Positions 58,245 through 64,000 of a stretch of 64,000 nt of DNA are shown here, in pieces. Under the pieces are notes generated by a model. It was not told the DNA's origin, made no database searches, and worked only from the letters and a program-made list of their open reading frames with translations. The DNA lies in contig CAVOGR010000002.1 in NCBI GenBank assembly GCA_963695555.1, positions 128,001-192,000 of the forward strand, written 5' to 3'. How positions within the stretch are numbered: position 1 is the stretch's first letter; every line of letters begins with the position of its first letter. A program made the position numbers and the translations under genes. The stretch comes from an uncultured Gemmatimonadales bacterium (lineage in GTDB: Bacteria; Gemmatimonadota; Gemmatimonadetes; Gemmatimonadales; GWC2-71-9).

Positions 58245-59753
58245 ATGAACTCTGAAGGCCGGCCCGACACAGACCTCGACGACCTCAGGAAACACCTGGC
58301 TGCCTTGAAAGCAGCCAGGAAATTGTATGCCAAGGATCCGGAAGAAGCGCGGGGGACGAGTCGCCGACTCGCCTCGACCCTAGCCCGTGTGCCAGGGAGC
58401 TCCCTGGGGTCAGCAGGCCAGGCGGTTGTCGCGGCGCCAGATGAGTACGTGCAGGCCGCACTTGAAGGCCTGATTGCTGCCCTGGAGCAGGAGATCGAGC
58501 TCGTGTCCGCCCCACGGGGCGTGGTGCTCCTCGTCGAGGACGACGCCTCCCTCGTCAAGTTGTTCAGCCACACCCTGACCCAGAAAGGCTGGACGGTGGC
58601 GGTCGCAGGAACCGCGCAGCAGGCCGAGGCAATTGCGCGAACGCAGCACCTCTCGGTGATAGTGCTCGACTTGGTCTTGCCGGACGCCGATGGGCGCAAC
58701 CTCTTGCTGCACTTCAAGCGAGATTCCCATACGGCAACCATTCCGGTTATCGTCGCATCCGCCCACGACGACTCGCACGTTCAAGCGGAGTGTTTTGCAC
58801 TCGGTGCATCTGACTTTCTCAAGAAGCCTGTCAAGCCCAAGAAGCTGCTTGACTTGGTCACTCGTCGGGCGATCGCTGCGCCCGCAAACGGCTCAGCAGG
58901 GCCAGGTCGCGGAACTTCCTTGCAGCTAGCAGATACTGCACAGCTCCGTGCGGCCTTCGGCAACGCCACGAAGACGCAGCGTACCTTGGCCATGATCGGT
59001 GTCGCCTCGTCACAACCAGGGACCGCTCCACCAGCCGGGGCCACGATTACGCGAGCGGTCGGACGAATCGGGGCAGCGATTGCCAAGGCCATTGAAGGCC
59101 AAGGGATTGTTGCCCGAATCGGCGTGGAAGAGTTGGCCGCCCTCTTCTTGGACTGCAACACCGATGCAGCCACACGGCGTTTGGAAGAGGTCAGGGATTC
59201 CATGACCCAGGGCATTGGGAGTGAGCTCGACCTAGCAGCCGGGATCACGCCGATCACTGCCGGCATGGATCTGGATGAGGCCATGGACGAGGCCGGACGG
59301 CTGCTCTACCTAGCGATCAAGTCCGCGGGCGCGCGTATTCTCAGCGACTCCGCCGCCGTCCCGCTTCCCACCGTCAAGATCCTGTTGGCGGAAGACGATG
59401 AATTGACGGCAAAGCTCTTGGTTTATCGCCTGACGCGTGAGCCGGGGTTTGAAGTGACACACAGCCCCGATGGGTTGGACGCGCTGGCGGTAGCGGAGAA
59501 CGAACAAATCGATCTCGCCATTCTGGACATCAACATGCCGGGCATCGACGGGTTCGACTTATTGTCTCGGCTACGTGAGATCCCGCGGTATGCCGATCTG
59601 CCTGTCGCGATGCTCACTGCACTTGGTAGCGAGCGTGACGTCGTCCGTGGGTTGGAGCTTGGCGCAAACGACTACATCGTGAAACCTTTCTCGCCGACTG
59701 AAGTCATCGCCCGCGTTCGGCGACTCCTCGGCCGCTCTCAGCGCGCCCGCTAG
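58245..59753 (+). CDS. Multi-domain response regulator (Hpt-like, REC, degenerate GGDEF, REC)
   Basis: REC1 LLVEDD/LDLVLPD/KP; ARIGVEEL; REC2 LLAEDD/LDINMPG/KPF. Confidence 0.85.
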   Translation: MNSEGRPDTDLDDLRKHLAALKAARKLYAKDPEEARGTSRRLASTLARVPGSSLGSAGQAVVAAPDEYVQAALEGLIAALEQEIELVSAPRGVVLLVEDDASLVKLFSHTLTQKGWTVAVAGTAQQAEAIARTQHLSVIVLDLVLPDADGRNLLLHFKRDSHTATIPVIVASAHDDSHVQAECFALGASDFLKKPVKPKKLLDLVTRRAIAAPANGSAGPGRGTSLQLADTAQLRAAFGNATKTQRTLAMIGVASSQPGTAPPAGATITRAVGRIGAAIAKAIEGQGIVARIGVEELAALFLDCNTDAATRRLEEVRDSMTQGIGSELDLAAGITPITAGMDLDEAMDEAGRLLYLAIKSAGARILSDSAAVPLPTVKILLAEDDELTAKLLVYRLTREPGFEVTHSPDGLDALAVAENEQIDLAILDINMPGIDGFDLLSRLREIPRYADLPVAMLTALGSERDVVRGLELGANDYIVKPFSPTEVIARVRRLLGRSQRAR

Positions 59754-60812
59754 ATGGACGGCGCATTTCCCTTCTCAGACCGTGGCCTCCAAGTCGTCGC
59801 GCTGGTCACGTTTCTCCTTCTCGCCTGCGCCGTCGCATTTACCCTCACAGCAGGATGGCTTCGGGCCGCCAATATCCGGAACGAGCGACGCTGGGCCCGA
59901 CTGGAAAAACTCTGGGAGCCCGTGATCATGGCGGTTCTCACCGGCGAGACCGCCGAGAGCGAACTCCGAGCTCGGGTTCACCGCCGAGATCACATGCGGT
60001 TCGCCGCGTTCCTGCTCCGGTACGCCCGGCAACTGAAAGGCGCCGAGCGAGACACGGTCCTGAGACTCGCCGCGCCATACCTCAACGAAATCGCAGTCGA
60101 TTTGCGGCGACGGAGCCCGGAAATTCGAGCCCGCGCTCTTCAGACCCTTGGGGAGCTGAGTGTCGCGGAGTACAGCCAGGAATTCTTGCGTGCGCTGGAC
60201 GACCGATCCCACCTCGTGGCCATGACGGCCGCGCAAGCTCTCGCACGGCACTACGACCCAGCCTACGCCGATCAGTTGATCCAGGTGCTCAATCGTTTTC
60301 AGCATTGGAGTATCGGATACCTAGCCGCGATGCTGGCAAACATGGGACCGGAGTCCGCGCCGGTTCTCAGGGCTGCCTTAGCTGACTCGACCCGCCCACC
60401 CCAGGTTCGCGCCGTGATTGCGCGCACGCTGACGTCGTTGAAGGACGTCGGTTCCGCCGACCTCGCGTGCGAGGTCCTCAAATCTGAACAGGACGTCGAC
60501 CTACTTGTTCCGATCCTCGGATTGATCGAGAAAGTGGGCAGGCGTGATCACCTACCAGCCGTTCGGGAACTCCTGCACTCCCCGGACCATGCCGTGCGAG
60601 CCAGTGCAGTAAGTACGCTGGCTCGCATCGGAACCCCGGCCGATACCGCCGCCATTCGTACCGCGTTGGACGATGAGTCGAACTGGGTCGTGCTCCATGC
60701 CGTTCGCGGACTCAGCGACATTGGCGAGACCGATTTCCTTGCGGACATGGCAGGGTCGGAACATCCGGGAGCCATAGCAGCACAGGAAATGTTGTGGAGC
60801 AAACAGGCATGA
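59754..60812 (+). CDS. Membrane-anchored HEAT-repeat protein
   Basis: N-terminal TM; PEIRARALQTLG, VRASAVSTLARIG, ALDDESNWV repeats. Confidence 0.85.
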   Translation: MDGAFPFSDRGLQVVALVTFLLLACAVAFTLTAGWLRAANIRNERRWARLEKLWEPVIMAVLTGETAESELRARVHRRDHMRFAAFLLRYARQLKGAERDTVLRLAAPYLNEIAVDLRRRSPEIRARALQTLGELSVAEYSQEFLRALDDRSHLVAMTAAQALARHYDPAYADQLIQVLNRFQHWSIGYLAAMLANMGPESAPVLRAALADSTRPPQVRAVIARTLTSLKDVGSADLACEVLKSEQDVDLLVPILGLIEKVGRRDHLPAVRELLHSPDHAVRASAVSTLARIGTPADTAAIRTALDDESNWVVLHAVRGLSDIGETDFLADMAGSEHPGAIAAQEMLWSKQA

Positions 60813-62233
60813 TGCGCGAGGTTGGCTGGTTTCTCCTCATCACCATTAATGCACTGGTACTCCTGTATTTCGTGGTGCTGAACTCGACCTATCTCATCAC
60901 CAGCGTAACCGCATTCCGGTCGCTCCGAAACTATGCGCGGCGCCTGAAGACCGTTGACATCGGCGAACTCATCCGGTCGGGCGCTGCGTTGCCAGTGACG
61001 CTGGTGGCGCCGGCATATAATGAAGAGGCCACCTGTGTCGAGGCGACACGCGCGTTGTTGACTCTCGAATACCCGGATTATGAAGTGGTGATCGTGAATG
61101 ATGGATCGACCGACGCCACACTCGCGCGCCTCATTGAAGCCTTCGAACTCGAGCAAGCACCACGCTTTCCATCAGCGTCCATTCCCACGGCACCAATACG
61201 CGCCACATATCGAAGCGCCCGGTACCGCAATTTGTGGGTGGTCGACAAAGAAAACGGCAAAAAGGCAGACGCCATCAACGCCGGACTCAATCTCACCCGG
61301 ACTCCCCTGTTCTGCGTCATTGACTCCGACAGCTTGCTGGAACCACAGGCCTTGATGCGCGTCAGCCGACCATTCCTGGAGGATGCGCGGACGATCGCCG
61401 CGGGTGGAATCATTCGAATCGTGAACGGAACAACGGTCAATCGAGGTCGTGTACAGGATGTACGGTTACCGAAGAGCCTGCTGGCCCGTTTCCAGATTCT
61501 GGAATACCTACGGTCATTCCACTCGGGGCGGTTGGGGTGGGCCGAGATGAACGCCACGATGATCATTTCCGGGGCATTCGGCCTGTTCCGCCGGTGGGTA
61601 GTGGTGGAGGCGGGCGGCTTCAGGACCAACACGGTCGGTGAAGACATGGAACTCGTGGTGCGGCTCCACCGCCATTGCCATGACAATGGGATCCCCTACC
61701 GAATCGTCTACATCCCCGATCCGGTGGCCTGGACCGAGTGCCCGGAAACCGTGAGGACCCTCGCGCGGCAACGCGACCGCTGGCAACGAGGCCTAGTCGA
61801 GACGCTGACACGCCACCGGACGATGCTACTGCGGCCACGATACGGAACGGTGGGCATGTTGTCGTATCCATACTTCTTTTTTCTCGAAATGATCGGCCCG
61901 GTCATCGAGATGTCGGGCTACCTCGCGTTTGCTATTACGCTGGCACTCGGGCTTGCCTCGGGAAGCTTCGTGCTTGCATTCCTGGCGCTCGCGATTGTGT
62001 TCGGGGTCGCTTTGTCGGTGGCAGCATTGGGACTCGAGGAACTGAGTTTTCGTCGCTACAAGCATACTGGCGACTTGGTTCAGCTCTTCTGGCTGGCCGT
62101 TGCGGAGAATTTCGGCTACCGGCAGCTCAATTCATGGTGGCGGATTCGAGGCATGTGGTCGGCCTTGCGCGGCAAGACGGCGTGGGGCGAGCAGAAGCGA
62201 AAGGGGTTTGATCGACAGGCCTCTCCACCGTGA
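60809..62233 (+). CDS. Processive GT2 polysaccharide synthase (PgaC/IcaA-like)
   Basis: PAYNEE, NDGSTD, IDSDS, GEDME, QRDRW (D,D,D,QxxRW); TM helices at both ends. Confidence 0.9.
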   Translation: MMREVGWFLLITINALVLLYFVVLNSTYLITSVTAFRSLRNYARRLKTVDIGELIRSGAALPVTLVAPAYNEEATCVEATRALLTLEYPDYEVVIVNDGSTDATLARLIEAFELEQAPRFPSASIPTAPIRATYRSARYRNLWVVDKENGKKADAINAGLNLTRTPLFCVIDSDSLLEPQALMRVSRPFLEDARTIAAGGIIRIVNGTTVNRGRVQDVRLPKSLLARFQILEYLRSFHSGRLGWAEMNATMIISGAFGLFRRWVVVEAGGFRTNTVGEDMELVVRLHRHCHDNGIPYRIVYIPDPVAWTECPETVRTLARQRDRWQRGLVETLTRHRTMLLRPRYGTVGMLSYPYFFFLEMIGPVIEMSGYLAFAITLALGLASGSFVLAFLALAIVFGVALSVAALGLEELSFRRYKHTGDLVQLFWLAVAENFGYRQLNSWWRIRGMWSALRGKTAWGEQKRKGFDRQASPP

Positions 62234-64000
62234 GCAACCGGCGCCGGTTGCCACAATCTGGGCGCTTCCTCATCGCGACCCTCACGCTGGCCCTCCTCGT
62301 CATCGGGCTCCGGAGCCGGATCGGCCGCCTGCCTCCGCTTGGCCCCCTGCTCGATCCGGTGCACGGCGTATGGGGCGTGGCACGCACGGCCGTGCCGCCG
62401 AAGGAAGCCACCATCGAAATTCCCGGCCTCGAGGGCCCGGTCGATATCCTGGTCGACTCGCGAGGAGTTCCCCACGTCTTCGCCACCACCGAGACTGACG
62501 CGTATCGGGCCCAGGGTTACCTCGTCGCCCGCGACCGGTTGTTCCAGCTCGACCTCCAAACCCGCGCCACCGCCGGACGCCTGACCGAATGGGTGGGCGC
62601 CGTGGCACTCCCCGCCGACCGTACCATGCGGGCCCTCGGGCTCGCGGACCATGCCGACCGCGACTTCGCCAGTCTCGACTCGCTCAGTCCGGAAGCGCGC
62701 GCGCTCCGCGCCTATGCCGAAGGTGTCAATGCATGGATCGACGGCCTGCGCCCTGGAGACCTGCCGCTCGAATACCGCCTCCTCGACGTTCAGCCAGGAC
62801 GGTGGCGGCCAGAGCACACGTTCTACTTGCTCCAGCGGATGAACTGGACATTGTCGTTCGGGCGGCACTCCCTCAACAGGCAGCGGGTCGCGGCACAGGT
62901 TGGTGCCGCTGCCGCCGACGTCCTCTTATCGGCCCAAAGCCCGATCCAAGAGCCGATCCAGCCAAACGGACAGAACAGACCCCGCTTCGACTTCGGGCCC
63001 ATCCCACCACCCGAGTTGTCGGACCATGTCTCTCCGGCACCGACCGCTCAGGTTGGAACTCCGCTCGACGCCGTCCTCGGCAGCAACAACTGGGCAGTGG
63101 CCCCCGGCCGGACCGCACGGGGCTACGCAATCCTGGCAGGCGATCCGCACCTCGAACTCACGCTGCCCTCGATTTGGTACGAGATCCACCTCGTCGTGCC
63201 GGGGACCTTGAACGTGTACGGTGCCACGATCCCCGGCGCTCCGGGTGTTGTTATCGGCTTCAACCGGGACGTGGCGTGGAGCTTCACCAATACCGAGGCC
63301 GACGTCATGGACTACTATCGAGAGACGGTCGACGACACGGTCTATCCCGCGGCTACTCGTCTCGACGATGAGTGGCAACCGGTGACGGCGCGGGTCGAGG
63401 AATATCGTGACCCGCGCGGGCAAGTGCTGGTGGCCGACACTTTCTTCACCTCACGTCGCGGCCCGCTCCGACAAATCGGTGGCCACTGGTTGTCCATGCG
63501 GTGGACGGCGCTCGAGCCGTCCCGCACTATGCGGGCGCTCCACGACGGTGCCCGGGCACAGACGATCGATCAGTGGCTGGCTGCCATGGAACAGTTCGAT
63601 GTCCCTCCCCAGAACCTGCTCGGAGCAGACCGATCCGGCAGCATCGCGATCCGTTCGACCGGCAAATTCCCGCTCCGGCCAGGCAACGTCGGCGGCCGGA
63701 TCATGGACGGCAGCACGAGCCGGAGCGACTGGACCGGCTTCTGGCCGGTGGAGCGCATGCCTGCCGCGCGCGATCCGGCTCAAGGCTACCTCGCGTCCGC
63801 CAACCAACAACCGCTCGATCCTGCGGTCGATAGCACCTACTTGGGGGCGGATTGGCGGGAGCCGTGGCGGGCGCTCAGGATCAATCAGCTGCTGCGGGCG
63901 AGGACGGCTGGACCCCCGAGGCCATCGCACGACTCCAGACCGACCCGGGAAGCGCCCGAGCGGACTTCTTCGTTCCCTTCTTCCTGGCGGCGGCGGATCG
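62230..64000 (+). CDS. Penicillin acylase family Ntn-hydrolase (partial; frameshift near 63900)
   Basis: Translated by hand from GTG 62230: DSRGVPHVFA, AQGYLVARDRLFQLD, GSNNWAV (Ser codon 63082), AGDPHL, IGFNRDVAWSFTN, SANQ. Confidence 0.92.
   Translation, partial: MSNRRRLPQSGRFLIATLTLALLVIGLRSRIGRLPPLGPLLDPVHGVWGVARTAVPPKEATIEIPGLEGPVDILVDSRGVPHVFATTETDAYRAQGYLVARDRLFQLDLQTRATAGRLTEWVGAVALPADRTMRALGLADHADRDFASLDSLSPEARALRAYAEGVNAWIDGLRPGDLPLEYRLLDVQPGRWRPEHTFYLLQRMNWTLSFGRHSLNRQRVAAQVGAAAADVLLSAQSPIQEPIQPNGQNRPRFDFGPIPPPELSDHVSPAPTAQVGTPLDAVLGSNNWAVAPGRTARGYAILAGDPHLELTLPSIWYEIHLVVPGTLNVYGATIPGAPGVVIGFNRDVAWSFTNTEADVMDYYRETVDDTVYPAATRLDDEWQPVTARVEEYRDPRGQVLVADTFFTSRRGPLRQIGGHWLSMRWTALEPSRTMRALHDGARAQTIDQWLAAMEQFDVPPQNLLGADRSGSIAIRSTGKFPLRPGNVGGRIMDGSTSRSDWTGFWPVERMPAARDPAQGYLASANQQPLDPAVDSTYLGADWREPWRALRINQLLRARTAGPPRPSHDSRPTREAPERTSSFPSSWRRRI

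Overview
High-GC bacterial chromosomal window. Gene content suggests a Gemmatimonadota-like organism (inference only). About 54 CDS; I saw no rRNA, tRNA, CRISPR array, integrase or transposase. Recognisable modules: crcB+DUF190; a TPR-glycoside hydrolase plus TPR/beta-barrel pair; a TonB-dependent receptor; a dtxR-dtxR/feoA-feoB metal uptake operon with a palindromic operator; gdhA; an adenine methyltransferase plus SNF2 helicase pair with no visible nuclease; a complete hydroxyproline catabolic operon; xdhC; a Ser/Thr kinase bracketed by a 41-bp direct repeat; an HDAC-family deacetylase with a GNAT-like C-terminal domain; a MacAB-type ABC exporter behind an ECF-type promoter; OmpA; and a response regulator-HEAT-processive GT2-Ntn acylase operon. 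Six single-base frameshifts in five otherwise intact genes suggest long-read indel errors. Best candidates for undescribed systems: a synthase-dependent exopolysaccharide system split across 3.9-8.1 kb and 58-64 kb, the MTase-helicase pair, and the HDAC-GNAT fusion.
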